This document shows, piece by piece, positions 10,017 through 19,489 of a DNA stretch of 64,000 nucleotides (positions are counted from its first letter, which is position 1; the number at the start of each line of letters is the position of its first letter). The notes below the pieces were generated by a model, which saw nothing but the letters and a program-made list of their open reading frames with translations, had not been told where the DNA came from and ran no database searches. A program made the translations under genes and the position numbers. The DNA is from an uncultured virus (IMG/VR IMGVR_UViG_3300050821_005794) (lineage: Duplodnaviria; Heunggongvirae; Uroviricota; Caudoviricetes), in IMG/VR virus record IMGVR_UViG_3300050821_005794; one strand, given 5' to 3'.

Positions 10017-10562
10017 TTACGCAGAAATCAATCTGAATTCCGTAATGTTAAAATGATTTGAAGAATTGTAGGTTGCGCTGCCGGTGTAATCAAAACCGCC
10101 GCTAATATAAAGAGCGGGCGTGCTCGACCCTGGTGCATAGGAACCAATCGTAGAAGTTAGATTAAAGTTAGTCACTTCGCTGATATTTGTGTTGCCGGAA
10201 ATGGATGCATAGAACAGCAATATTTCTTCGTAAAATGCAGTGTCGCTGACGGATTGCTGTGTGGAATGATAAATTTCAGTTCCACTCCCGCTAACAGTAG
10301 TTACTTTGATTCGGCCAGTTGTGCCGCTATAATCAGAAACAATGTGAATATTTCCCGCCACGATTAGCTTGCAGAGAATCCCATCAATAGACGATGGGGT
10401 CAATACTGCGTCCCCGCCACCAGAAAGTTGAAACTTACTCCAAGCCCCGTTGCCCAAATTAGACGGAGAAAGCTGCGCTATGCTAGACCCAGGAACGTCC
10501 CCAAGAAAATCTGCCGCAAGAATATCATTCACAACTGCTGTTATATCCGAAGATAGACTCAT
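10017..10562 (-). CDS. Ser/Gly/Thr-rich beta protein, possibly virion-associated
   Basis: ATGA coupling with upstream gene; composition. Confidence 0.6.
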   Translation of the reverse strand: MSLSSDITAVVNDILAADFLGDVPGSSIAQLSPSNLGNGAWSKFQLSGGGDAVLTPSSIDGILCKLIVAGNIHIVSDYSGTTGRIKVTTVSGSGTEIYHSTQQSVSDTAFYEEILLFYASISGNTNISEVTNFNLTSTIGSYAPGSSTPALYISGGFDYTGSATYNSSNHFNITEFRLISA

Positions 10563-11122
10563 TCAATTCTCCTCTTTAGTGTAATTTGTTCTGCAACTCT
10601 TTTCGCAACGACAAAATCATCGTTCGAAAGTTCGTTCACTGCTTTTGTAACTCCGCTCCAGCCAGTGGAACCATAATCATCAATTACAATAAAACCGCCG
10701 GGCACAATTCGGGGTGCGATAAATTCTAAAGCATCTTTGGTACCTTGGTACAAATCTAAATCAATGTGAGCTAGAGATATTTTTGATTCTTCTAATCCCT
10801 TAAATGTTTCAGGAATCCACCCAGCATGAACTGGGCCTAAAACCCATAGGTTCTCATCAAACGGAATAGCGAAGCGGCCAGGTTCGTTGTTCAAGTCTTG
10901 AACAGATGACGGCGGCAACCCTTCAAAAGAATCAAACAATCGGATTGGCTTTTCTGGTGCCGCCAATTTCATGGCTGCTGCCGAACCCCCGCTGTGGCAG
11001 CCACAGTCCCAAAATTCGCCGTTTACTTTCCGAACTTCAAGAGCGCAATCGTACAGGTTCTTACATTTCAGACCGCTCAACATCGTGGGAAAAAGAAAAC
11101 CAATTTTTTCTTGTTGAATCAT
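10559..11122 (-). CDS. TylF/MycF-family O-methyltransferase
   Basis: LFDSFEGLP, GWIPET, HIDLDLYQGT and GGFIVIDDY motifs. Confidence 0.9.
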   Translation of the reverse strand: MIQQEKIGFLFPTMLSGLKCKNLYDCALEVRKVNGEFWDCGCHSGGSAAAMKLAAPEKPIRLFDSFEGLPPSSVQDLNNEPGRFAIPFDENLWVLGPVHAGWIPETFKGLEESKISLAHIDLDLYQGTKDALEFIAPRIVPGGFIVIDDYGSTGWSGVTKAVNELSNDDFVVAKRVAEQITLKRRIE

Positions 11123-11478
11123 AGTGGCCTAAAAACATTCATATCGCGAACTTGTTTCTTTTTTGCTGGTTTTTTTCTTTGCACTATCGTGGGCTTGTAA
11201 TTCTGAATTTGTAAATACCAAGTTTGAATCGCGGCATCCAAGTTGCGAATCTCAACGCTCGTTCGGAGTCTTATGTCTGGGCCCGCATCTTGAAGCAACG
11301 GCTGCAAGCAATTAATCTGATAGAGTAATTCATCTATCCGGCGCTGCGCCACCAATTTTGATTTTGGTTGCCGCCATTTGCGAGCGTGCTTTTGAAAGGC
11401 TTCGGGCTGGGTTTCAGGATCGGGAATCTTGCTAACAGCTACGCCGGGTTCTTGATTCTCGATGTCCATACGACACAA
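11119..11478 (-). CDS. hypothetical protein
   Basis: Coupled to TylF gene by ATGA overlap. Confidence 0.55.
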   Translation of the reverse strand: MCRMDIENQEPGVAVSKIPDPETQPEAFQKHARKWRQPKSKLVAQRRIDELLYQINCLQPLLQDAGPDIRLRTSVEIRNLDAAIQTWYLQIQNYKPTIVQRKKPAKKKQVRDMNVFRPL

Positions 11479-11891
11479 TCTATTTCTTTGGGCGCGCTCG
11501 GGGCGTCCACTTGAAAATCAACCGCCGGAATTTGTGCTATGCTTTGCACATCAATCGGTGCAGGTCCGACAGGTGCAGGAGGCTCTAGTGCAGGCTGTTC
11601 AGATTGAAACACTTGTAGCGGGTAATCTGGTTCGTAAATACCCCCCAGTCTCAAAACCTTCTTGGCAGGTTGTTCGGATTGTGAACTCGCAGACGCATCT
11701 GAAATATTTTGCAAATTCATTTCATCTGTGACCCCGAATCGCGCAGCCAAGGCTTGGCGTTCTTCAAGCGGCACGGTGTTAATCAGATGCGCTAGACTTT
11801 CACCCAATTCCGCCGCCACTTGATGAACTACTGAATCTATAGAATCGGCAGCCAGTTCCTTGGTTGCTAAAACATTAACAGCAGTGCTCAT
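11439..11891 (-). CDS. hypothetical protein
   Basis: AGGGAG RBS, ATGA overlap. Confidence 0.6.
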   Translation of the reverse strand: MSTAVNVLATKELAADSIDSVVHQVAAELGESLAHLINTVPLEERQALAARFGVTDEMNLQNISDASASSQSEQPAKKVLRLGGIYEPDYPLQVFQSEQPALEPPAPVGPAPIDVQSIAQIPAVDFQVDAPSAPKEIDCVVWTSRIKNPA

Positions 11892-12169
11892 TCTTCTCCC
11901 TTGATTTTCATGCCCTGAAGCAGACGAACATCGAAGTCCGTCAAAAGTAATTCGCTATTACCGATGGTCTTGTTCCAGTGGCTTGCGCGCCCGATTTCGC
12001 AAGACGTGGATTTACATTGAATGCGAGCCTTGTCTACGGCTATGAGCGCGGCCTTTTCCTCATGCTGCTTTATGTGTTCGCCAACTGCCAATTCTAGGTA
12101 AGCCTCGCCGCCACGTACGATTTTACAATCTGTACAAAGCGGGCATCGCCAGATAAGTTGTTTGGACAT
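11888..12169 (-). CDS. hypothetical protein with CxxC..HxxxH zinc-finger-like motif
   Basis: CPLC..EHIKQH; start reassigned to ATG 12169. Confidence 0.55.
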   Translation of the reverse strand: MSKQLIWRCPLCTDCKIVRGGEAYLELAVGEHIKQHEEKAALIAVDKARIQCKSTSCEIGRASHWNKTIGNSELLLTDFDVRLLQGMKIKGEE

Positions 12170-12188
12170 TGTGGGCCATCCCCACATA

Positions 12189-12383
12189 CTATTTATTGTT
12201 TTGATTCTGGCTGAAGTAGTCATCCTTGATGGAATGACCCAGGACATAGCCCATCATAATCGTCATGAAAGAAATGTAGGTGCCGTCCAGCCGGTGCAAA
12301 TAATGAAAAATATTGCCCATGACGAAAAAAGCAGATATGGCAGCCGTGTGCCGCCCCTGAAAAGCGGCGAAAACTTTATTCAT
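12189..12383 (-). CDS. small membrane protein, holin-like
   Basis: Two hydrophobic segments and a polar tail. Confidence 0.45.
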   Translation of the reverse strand: MNKVFAAFQGRHTAAISAFFVMGNIFHYLHRLDGTYISFMTIMMGYVLGHSIKDDYFSQNQNNK

Positions 12384-12475
12384 GGGGGATATTCTTATAT
12401 TATTGAATTATTATTATTATTTCGGGGTGGCCGCCAAAGCGGGCACAGAATTCACAATCTGAACAGCGCGGCCAA

Positions 12476-12679
12476 TTACAGTTTCTTTTCAATCCAAGCA
12501 ACGGCGGCCTTCATTTCGTTCTTGGCTGATTGATCTGCTTTTAGGATGCCTGCTTCTAGTGTGAGCTTTAGCTTCGTTAGATCGGCCTTGAGCGCGGCCA
12601 GTTCCTGAGCTTCCTTAGAGTGGTAGATTGAGCCTAGCGCCAATCCCAAAACAAAACAAATTACATAAAGTGCTAGCAT
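12476..12679 (-). CDS. N-terminal TM plus coiled-coil protein
   Basis: GGAGG RBS; hydrophobic N-terminus. Confidence 0.6.
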   Translation of the reverse strand: MLALYVICFVLGLALGSIYHSKEAQELAALKADLTKLKLTLEAGILKADQSAKNEMKAAVAWIEKKL

Positions 12680-12833
12680 TAGTTTAGTTTCCTCCGTACT
12701 TTTACGCCCGGCCCGCAGGCAGAACATTTCCAGCCATGAAGGCCAGATGATTCAGTTTTGCTAATTTTTTCACCGCAGGGTTTTTTCACTACGGCGGCCC
12801 CGCATAGGGCGCAGGAATATTGGTACCTAGACA

Positions 12834-13280
12834 CTAGGCGTGATCGCCCTTGGGACCTTGAGGTCCTTGCGGCCCAGGTACTCCGTCCTTACCATCTCGA
12901 CCAGGTGTTCCGTCTTTTCCGGCAGGGCCTTGCGCTCCATCATGTCCGTCGCGACCTGGTGCGCCATCGTGACCTGCCTGACCGTCCTTGCCTGGCAAAC
13001 CATCGTGACCATCTTTTCCTGCTTGTCCTGGCTGCCCGTCTTTACCATCCCGACCGGCCATACCATCAATTCCTCGTGGTCCTGTTGATCCAGTGGCCCC
13101 AGTTGCCCCAGTCTTTCCCATTGGCCCTTGAGGTCCGATTGGTCCTTCCACAGAGGCTCCTGGCTTCCCTTGCGGCCCAACGGGGCCTGTCGGTCCCGCA
13201 GTCTTAGCCAAACTATGAATCAATGCTACAACCGCCGTGACTGCTCCGCCAACCGCGATAAAATCTGAATAAGGAATCAT
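12834..13280 (-). CDS. collagen-like (Gly-X-Y) protein with N-terminal membrane anchor
   Basis: Long GXY run after hydrophobic [13 protein letters not shown]. Confidence 0.85.
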   Translation of the reverse strand: MIPYSDFIAVGGAVTAVVALIHSLAKTAGPTGPVGPQGKPGASVEGPIGPQGPMGKTGATGATGSTGPRGIDGMAGRDGKDGQPGQAGKDGHDGLPGKDGQAGHDGAPGRDGHDGAQGPAGKDGTPGRDGKDGVPGPQGPQGPKGDHA

Positions 13281-13711
13281 TGTTGCCCCCAGAATACTGA
13301 ATTTAGAAAAGGTTGTTCACAATGTGAACAAATAAAAACGGCTATTCATTTTGTTCTGCGCCGATTCATGTTGCGCGATGCGCCGCCGTCAAAGCCCAAA
13401 TGTCTATTCGGGGCCATGCCCCGAGGGATTTACTTTACCCGATTTCTTGCGGAATCTTTCTTCTTGTATGCCCTGAATGTTGGCCGCCGATCCTACAAAA
13501 TTTACCCTTCGATACAGTTTAGGGTGATCCGTGTCTCGGTCTATCCAGAATCGTGGCGGGCTTCCAGTTTCCATGCTACATCCCCAACTAGTTAGTATTC
13601 TATCCCAATATTCAGGATCATCATTAGTTGTATCAGGATTCTCAATTGGCTTTAATATCGCACACCGCCCCCAGATACAAGAAAGGTTACAAAAATCAAC
13701 AAAATCATCAC

Positions 13712-14317
13712 TTACGAGCCATCTTCCATAGTTTCAATAACTTGACTGATTTCTGGGCGATCAAGTAAAAACTTGGCGTTTGGCCGTTCTTTCTTCTTGC
13801 CACGCTTCTTGGGTTTCAAAAATTCATCTATTTGCTGTGGGCGATCCGCAGCTTTTATGAAAGCCAACAAAGAATGATCGGGACTGAACCATTCTCCATG
13901 AGAATGGAATTTCCTGAAATGGGCATGAAGAGCACTTTCCGCTTCCTTAGCTCGCGCTTTATCGGCAAACAATACAGAACCTAGAAAATATAATTCATCG
14001 GCGCTTCCAGTTTGAAGTTCTGATTTCCTTTGATTAAGATCATTAGTATGGCCTATCTTTATGAATCCCAAAGATTTACTTTGAACAAAATACAAATATC
14101 TTGCCCTGTCTTGGGCAGGAACAATCATCCGGTCCGAACCCCTACGTCTAGTTTTCCTTTTCCTCCCAATTCCATACAATCCGAATGTTCCTGCATCTCC
14201 CACCCTGCCTGTATGCGCAGCATCACTTAAAGTGTTCGCGATATCTTGTTTCTCAAATGCCATAGCTTCTCCTAGTTTGGGCACAAACACACCCATACCT
14301 AAGATGCTATTATACAT
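13712..14317 (-). CDS. GIY-YIG (T5orf172/MUG113-like) domain protein
   Basis: YLYFVQ..IKIGHT..R..ELQTG..E..LH..F....GEWF. Confidence 0.85.
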   Translation of the reverse strand: MYNSILGMGVFVPKLGEAMAFEKQDIANTLSDAAHTGRVGDAGTFGLYGIGRKRKTRRRGSDRMIVPAQDRARYLYFVQSKSLGFIKIGHTNDLNQRKSELQTGSADELYFLGSVLFADKARAKEAESALHAHFRKFHSHGEWFSPDHSLLAFIKAADRPQQIDEFLKPKKRGKKKERPNAKFLLDRPEISQVIETMEDGS

Positions 14318-14346
14318 CTGTGGGGTTGCCTTTCGGAACTAAATTT

Positions 14347-14628
14347 CTATCTCTTCCTTGGCAGACTTCTCAGACAGTTGTAAACCTTGTCAATTGCCGC
14401 CGATTTGGGCGCGGCACCATAGGGATTGGGGTTTGGATCGTCTAAGTCATCCGGGTCGCTAGAATCGTCTTCTAGGCCACCAGAAACCAAATCTAGGACG
14501 TACCCGCCGTGATCTAGGAAGACTACTTCTAGTTCTTCGCCGCACTCGCCGCAATAAAAGGTTTCGCCGTCTACGACTTCTTCGGTGCTTAAATCTACTT
14601 CATTGTTGCATTCGGGGCACGTCTTCAC
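14347..14628 (-). CDS. LysW-like zinc ribbon protein with acidic linker
   Basis: CPEC..GE..YCGECGEELEVV; lacks the C-terminal EDWGE of true LysW. Confidence 0.55.
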   Translation of the reverse strand: MKTCPECNNEVDLSTEEVVDGETFYCGECGEELEVVFLDHGGYVLDLVSGGLEDDSSDPDDLDDPNPNPYGAAPKSAAIDKVYNCLRSLPRKR

Positions 14629-14674
14629 TGTTGTCTCCTTTCAGCCATGGTAAAATATAAATTACTATAAACTA

Positions 14675-15160
14675 CTAAACCGTAGTGGGGTCCTTGTAAT
14701 GCCCGTCTTCAACAGATACAAATTCAAATAGCCCGTGCGGGTCCCGGTCTGTGCGGAGTCTGCCGCAAACAGTCTCAGGAACGCTGATTTCTTCTACTTC
14801 GCACAGCCAGTTCGTAGGGCAGGTATGTTCATTATAGAAATATCTCTGATGTTCACGGTATTCTTCTGGTGTGTCTTTCTGACTGTGGCCCCACTTCCAT
14901 GTATTTAATTTAACTGTAATCGGCGGCACAGTTTGGCTAACGAGGGTTACGGTTACGGGAGTGTTCCGACCTTCGGGACCGTCAATTTGTTCTACTTCGT
15001 ATGTGTCGGCGGTTCTGAGCGTAAACTTAAAATAATTGCAACAAACTTTGCACAACCAAGGCCCGAATGTACTGCGACCCTGGCATTGGTCTATCCGCCA
15101 TTCATGTTGTTCGCAAACAGGACACTGAACAAATACTTTATGTTTGGCTCGAACTCTCAT
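14675..15160 (-). CDS. hypothetical Cys-containing protein
   Basis: CPVC, CKVC and YFYNEHTCPTNW. Confidence 0.65.
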   Translation of the reverse strand: MRVRAKHKVFVQCPVCEQHEWRIDQCQGRSTFGPWLCKVCCNYFKFTLRTADTYEVEQIDGPEGRNTPVTVTLVSQTVPPITVKLNTWKWGHSQKDTPEEYREHQRYFYNEHTCPTNWLCEVEEISVPETVCGRLRTDRDPHGLFEFVSVEDGHYKDPTTV

Positions 15161-15462
15161 TTCTTTTTCTTCACTTCCGCCGCGATAGCCTCTATACTAC
15201 CCGGCGGCAAAACTTTTATCTTCTGGCCGCAGGTCTTACAAACAGGCTTGGCTAATTCTTCTAGTGCCGCGATTCGACGGCCAAGATTCGCTAGTTGATC
15301 CGCGACCAAGTTAAAGCGCCCTTGTGTCTCCCCAATCAATCCATACGACAAATCTATGACTCCGCTTTGATCCCACTTGATTAGTACACCCATCCGATCC
15401 GCAAGCAAGTCAATACTTTTCTTGCATCGCCCAGCCAACTCGCGACATTCTTTATCTTTCAT
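15157..15462 (-). CDS. hypothetical protein
   Basis: AAGGA RBS, coupled. Confidence 0.6.
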   Translation of the reverse strand: MKDKECRELAGRCKKSIDLLADRMGVLIKWDQSGVIDLSYGLIGETQGRFNLVADQLANLGRRIAALEELAKPVCKTCGQKIKVLPPGSIEAIAAEVKKKK

Positions 15463-15676
15463 ATTCCTTCTTTCTGTTCACTTTGTGAACGGTTGCTTGC
15501 ACTGACAATACCTCGCATCGCCTGATATGTTTTCTTTTAGTGGGCGACCACAGCCAGAGCAAATCATAATAACGCCGCCGCTGTTCACCACTTCCCTGAG
15601 AATAAATTTTTCATCTTCAGTCAGATGATGCAGTTTCCACATCATACGGGGATGCAAAATCCAATCAATGATATCT

Positions 15677-16117
15677 CTAAACATAAAACCTATGTGCCCC
15701 GATCTGCACCGTAAAGGGATGGTCAGACGTGCCCATCAAGTCAGGACCCGCGATAACTCTCGAAAACCAACCACTGGCCGCCGCTGTTGGATTCTCATAA
15801 TAGTGCGCCCCATTTGTAGGGTCGGGGTCATCTGTATTAAGCACAAGCGCGGCCAGTCGCAAAGCTTCTTGATACATCGTTTGGTCTAGTCCTGTACTGA
15901 CCACCGGGTCTAGGTTGTGCTCGGGGTTGTCGGGACGGGTCCACGAAAATGCGTTGCGTTGATAAATTACACCAATTAATGTTTTAGGAAATCCTTCGGC
16001 ACCAATACGGTTTTTGACACAGTGCGCCACGGCCCTCATGCCTTCACTGGCTGATCCGCGCGCCTCAAACCAGGTGCACTTTGCGAGTTCGGTTATTTCT
16101 TCTTGGCTGAAGTTCAC
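15677..16117 (-). CDS. cell wall hydrolase, SleB/Hydrolase_2 family (endolysin candidate)
   Basis: LAKCTWFEARG, AVAHCVKNR, VIYQRNAFSW, DPTNGAHYY and IGAHRFY. Confidence 0.9.
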   Translation of the reverse strand: MNFSQEEITELAKCTWFEARGSASEGMRAVAHCVKNRIGAEGFPKTLIGVIYQRNAFSWTRPDNPEHNLDPVVSTGLDQTMYQEALRLAALVLNTDDPDPTNGAHYYENPTAAASGWFSRVIAGPDLMGTSDHPFTVQIGAHRFYV

Positions 16118-16467
16118 TTTACGAACAACCCTTCAGGTTCAGATTCAATAATGGCCGCGATTTTCGTAAAGGATTTGCCTCGATCATTCATCTCCGACAA
16201 CTGTGCGTCGCCTCCGAGAACCGGTTTATCTATAAAATGCGATCCTCGATCTAGTAGCCCTAACCAATCCGCAACGACGCGAGGCAAAATATCTCTCTCA
16301 CCCAGAAAATACCCATCTTCCCATTGGCCGCCAACTTCCTTAGAGTATAAATCACAGGCTACTCCGAGACAGCACATGGCATCCCCCACTCGAAGCCGCT
16401 TTATTCCCTGCTTGTATTCCCCGCTTCGAAGTGCGGCTACCCATTTCTTTGCATTTTCGTTTAGCAT
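16114..16467 (-). CDS. conserved phage hypothetical protein
   Basis: KWVAALRSGEYKQG..CCLGVAC..NDRGKSF..IA pattern common in phages. Confidence 0.75.
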   Translation of the reverse strand: MLNENAKKWVAALRSGEYKQGIKRLRVGDAMCCLGVACDLYSKEVGGQWEDGYFLGERDILPRVVADWLGLLDRGSHFIDKPVLGGDAQLSEMNDRGKSFTKIAAIIESEPEGLFVK

Positions 16468-16476
16468 AGTTCCTCC

Positions 16477-16734
16477 TTATACAGTCTTAAATTTGTGCAA
16501 TACCAAAGCCGCATCCAGTCCCAAAAGAAAAAACAAGAAATCTTCTACATCAGAACCTTGCGTAGCTTTGTCTTCTGTTAGCTTGTCAAAGATGAATTCT
16601 TTAATGGCCGCGAATCCTGTAACCATACCGGCGGCCACGTACCAGTGCGGGCTGTACAGCAAAATAGCCAACGTAAGAAACGCGCCCCATCCTACGTGGG
16701 CTAGTTGGGATACAGTATTTAGGGTTAGTTTCAT
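16477..16734 (-). CDS. membrane protein
   Basis: Three hydrophobic segments; KE..D motif. Confidence 0.65.
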   Translation of the reverse strand: MKLTLNTVSQLAHVGWGAFLTLAILLYSPHWYVAAGMVTGFAAIKEFIFDKLTEDKATQGSDVEDFLFFLLGLDAALVLHKFKTV

Positions 16735-16841
16735 ATTTTGAATAGTAGCATACGGTGCCCAAACAAGTCAAGCATTATTTTTCAGAAAAGTCTTGACACG
16801 CTGGCCGCGATTTGGTATACATCTTTCAGGAGGTACTAAAA

Positions 16842-17102
16842 ATGAAACGAATTGTTGAAGAAACCGAAATTTCTGGGTTAGAGGCGTTGCTCGGCGAACA
16901 AGTTCTTTTGATGTGCGCGAATTATTTTTATGCCGGAAAACTCGTTGGCGTAAATACTTCGTGTGTTGAACTATCGGATGCGGCTATCGTATACGAAACT
17001 GGCCCTTGGACCGAAAAGGGATACAAGGATTCACAAAAACTTTCAGCCAAGAAATGGTACGTCGCAACTGCTGCGATTGAATCCTACGGAGTAGGCAAGT
17101 GA
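16842..17102 (+). CDS. Sm/LSm-fold-like small protein
   Basis: GEQVLL..YFYAGKLVGVN..VELSDA resembles the Sm1 motif; AGGAGGT RBS; TTGACA upstream. Confidence 0.5.
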   Translation: MKRIVEETEISGLEALLGEQVLLMCANYFYAGKLVGVNTSCVELSDAAIVYETGPWTEKGYKDSQKLSAKKWYVATAAIESYGVGK

Positions 17103-17317
17103 AAGACCTTCGGAGCAAATACAAGCGGTTTAGGTCTAGGTCTGGGTCTAGGTCTGGGTCTTGGTCTGGGTCTGGGTCTGGGTCTAGGTCTGGGTCTTGG
17201 TCTGGGTCTGGGTCTGGGTCTAGGTCTGGGTCTTGGTCTGGGTCTTGGTCTGGGTCTGGGTCTGGGTCTGGGTCTAGGTCTGGGTCTTGGTCTAGGTCTG
17301 GGTCTGGGTCTTATTAA
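17099..17317 (+). CDS. Ser-dipeptide (RS/GS/WS) low-complexity protein
   Basis: GTGA-coupled; about 30 TCT-(A/G/T)GG hexamers. Confidence 0.55.
   Translation: MKDLRSKYKRFRSRSGSRSGSWSGSGSGSRSGSWSGSGSGSRSGSWSGSWSGSGSGSGSRSGSWSRSGSGSY
17132..17312 (+). repeat. hexamer tandem repeat TCTDGG
   Basis: Read directly from sequence. Confidence 0.95.
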
Positions 17318-17536
17318 CTCGTTCATATATGAACTGCAACCACGATCCTGTTATGCTAGGTCCTGCGTGGGGCATCCGTCTGAAATATGGCCGCGAATCC
17401 GTGCCTCAAGACGTGTCTGACCTAGAAGACTATTGCGAATCCTGCGGCCAAGAAAATGCTGTTTATTTGCGGCCACCGAAAGCAGTGATTCCTGAACCTG
17501 AATTTGAAAATAATCACGATTGAAAGGAGAACTAAA

Positions 17537-17689
17537 ATGAATATCGGAGAACCACAAAGAATACATACGATTACGCCCACGAAAGAACCTGTGCCGCAAT
17601 GGCAGCCAGAAAAAGAACCTTGGGCCGTGCCTCAAGAAGAACCTGTCTTTGCTGAACCTATTCTTGAGCCTGCGAAGGTGGAACCGTAA
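17537..17689 (+). CDS. small Pro/Glu-rich peptide
   Basis: AAGGAG RBS; MNIGEPQR start and repeated EP motifs. Confidence 0.65.
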   Translation: MNIGEPQRIHTITPTKEPVPQWQPEKEPWAVPQEEPVFAEPILEPAKVEP

Positions 17690-18489
17690 TGGCTGGCTCG
17701 CCCTGCAGGGGTTGCGGTGCGCCCGTAGGTGGAAATAGTTCTCTAGACTTCTGCCAGGTTTGCAGAGATGCGACGCTAGCGAATGCAACGTTCTATACTA
17801 CACGGTGCTCTCAGTGTGGCGCGCACATGTATTTGTCGCAACTAGCGGCCAACAAACCTTTGTGCTCGTTTTGTACACAATCTTCGGCAGGAAGGGGCTA
17901 CCGATATTTCAATTATGTCACTTACGGTTCTTCTGTTCTCGGGTATCCCGAACCCGCGCCGCCAAAGAAACTAGAAACAATTAGTTCTAGAGAACCCTTG
18001 GTCGGCTATAGGGTGTGGAAGCTTGACGCAGAATGCCGCCTTGGCAGCGCATATATGAAATCCTATAAGTGGCCTATGCGGCGCAAGCTCTGCCGAGACG
18101 AATTCGATAAGGCGGGCATCCATGCCGTGAAAGAAGCAAAGCAGTTGGTTGAAAGCCAAAGTCGTTGGTCATGTAGTATCTGGCCAGAAGAGCAGGCACC
18201 TTGGTATAACTATCAAGCCGACGTAGCCGGGGCCATTTATATGTGGGGCGAAGTTAAAGAATGCCCGTTGGGGTACCTAGCTGAATTCGCCTACCCCAAA
18301 CTACTGTGGGTACCCGAAGATACCGATCCCTGCATCATTCTTCAACTTGAAGAAAACTACGGCGTGCCTTGTGATTTATCACCACATTTTAAGAAACACG
18401 AAAAGAAAGATGCTGCGGAAGACGTTGTTGGCCGTTGGATTTCCTACAAAATTCACCACGCCACCATTCCCCCGCCAACACTGCCATGA
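17689..18489 (+). CDS. hypothetical protein with N-terminal zinc ribbons and a conserved C-terminal domain
   Basis: CxxC pairs; GYRVW..GIHA..GAIYMWGEV..GYLAEFAYP. Confidence 0.7.
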   Translation: MAGSPCRGCGAPVGGNSSLDFCQVCRDATLANATFYTTRCSQCGAHMYLSQLAANKPLCSFCTQSSAGRGYRYFNYVTYGSSVLGYPEPAPPKKLETISSREPLVGYRVWKLDAECRLGSAYMKSYKWPMRRKLCRDEFDKAGIHAVKEAKQLVESQSRWSCSIWPEEQAPWYNYQADVAGAIYMWGEVKECPLGYLAEFAYPKLLWVPEDTDPCIILQLEENYGVPCDLSPHFKKHEKKDAAEDVVGRWISYKIHHATIPPPTLP

Positions 18490-18770
18490 AACCTAGTCTT
18501 ATATTATTTCTTCTCTTGGCCGCCGGTACGTCCGACAAGCGCGACATTCAAATCCTTGGTCCTGACCCCGATGCTGTTGGCGGCCACATTCTTCTGCCTC
18601 ATGTCCCGCCAATTATTTATGTGCGCCAGACAAAAGGCCCAGCCTTACCTGAAAAAGGCAGTCTTAGCTGCCATTGGGACCAGCAAAACAAAGATGGGCG
18701 GCCATACTTGGTTGGAACTTGCGACGATAATATAGAATTAATTGTTACTGGATTAGACTTGAATTATTGA
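18486..18770 (+). CDS. secreted hypothetical protein
   Basis: Signal-like MKPSLILFLLLAAG; ATGA overlap. Confidence 0.55.
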   Translation: MKPSLILFLLLAAGTSDKRDIQILGPDPDAVGGHILLPHVPPIIYVRQTKGPALPEKGSLSCHWDQQNKDGRPYLVGTCDDNIELIVTGLDLNY

Positions 18771-18964
18771 TGTATCTCATTCTAAGCCCCGTCTCTGGCG
18801 GCAGAGTTACGGTGTAGCGGAGTCTGTAAGAAACCCACGTGGGTCGAAATAAATATTTACAAATCCTAATCAACCAAGTTGATTCATACGCAGCGGCAGT
18901 TGCTGCCCCGCCGACCATCATTCCCAGAAAGTTGCGCCGACTACTGTTCATAACTTGAACTCCT

Positions 18965-18993
18965 GAAAAAGGGCCGAGCCTAAACCCGGCCCC
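18965..18993 (-). terminator. intrinsic terminator
   Basis: GGGCCGGG-TTTAGG-CTCGGCCC then TTTTT on - strand. Confidence 0.65.
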
Positions 18994-18999
18994 ATAGTA

Positions 19000-19392
19000 T
19001 TAAACTTCCCGCCCGACCAAGAAAAAACGCTTGCCATTGTCAAATTGCATTACGTCTATCTTGCCTGCAAAGCCGTGCTTCTTGACGCACTCTGTAACTA
19101 GCGTCTTGAAGCTCTGGACGAAGCTCTTGCGCCTTGCAGCTTCGATTGTGATTTCCGGCGTCGTGACATCAATTTCGCCGACGACCTCGCAAGGATTCAA
19201 GCCTTCGCTGTTGATCCTATCCAAGAGATTGTTAATCTCGCGGAAGACTGATAGATGCCGCAGACCTGCGTACCGATTGCGGCCCCGGCCAAGTGGTAAA
19301 TCGTTTCTCGAAATCGGTCTGATCGTGTGAAACTTCATACCGTCTAGTACGTTGATCTCGCGCCCTTCTAGTGCTTGTGCTGTCGCAACCAT
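19000..19392 (-). CDS. hypothetical protein
   Basis: AGGAGG RBS before ATG 19392. Confidence 0.7.
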   Translation of the reverse strand: MVATAQALEGREINVLDGMKFHTIRPISRNDLPLGRGRNRYAGLRHLSVFREINNLLDRINSEGLNPCEVVGEIDVTTPEITIEAARRKSFVQSFKTLVTECVKKHGFAGKIDVMQFDNGKRFFLVGREV

Positions 19393-19489
19393 GTGATTCC
19401 TCCTTTTAGGTGGATGCCCCGTTCGCATCGTAGAAACATTCTAGCAAGGAAGGAAAATCACGTCTGTTCAATATTGCACACTATTGAAA

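Noticed and set aside
12758..13207. Alternative-frame ORFs over the collagen-like gene
   Set aside because: Artefacts of the GC-rich Gly-X-Y repeat.
14347..14628. Functional LysW carrier protein
   Set aside because: Lacks the C-terminal EDWGE required for amino-group carriage.
17084..17326. Poly-(Arg-Pro) ORF on the - strand
   Set aside because: Shadow of the hexamer repeat; the + strand ORF is coupled to its neighbours.
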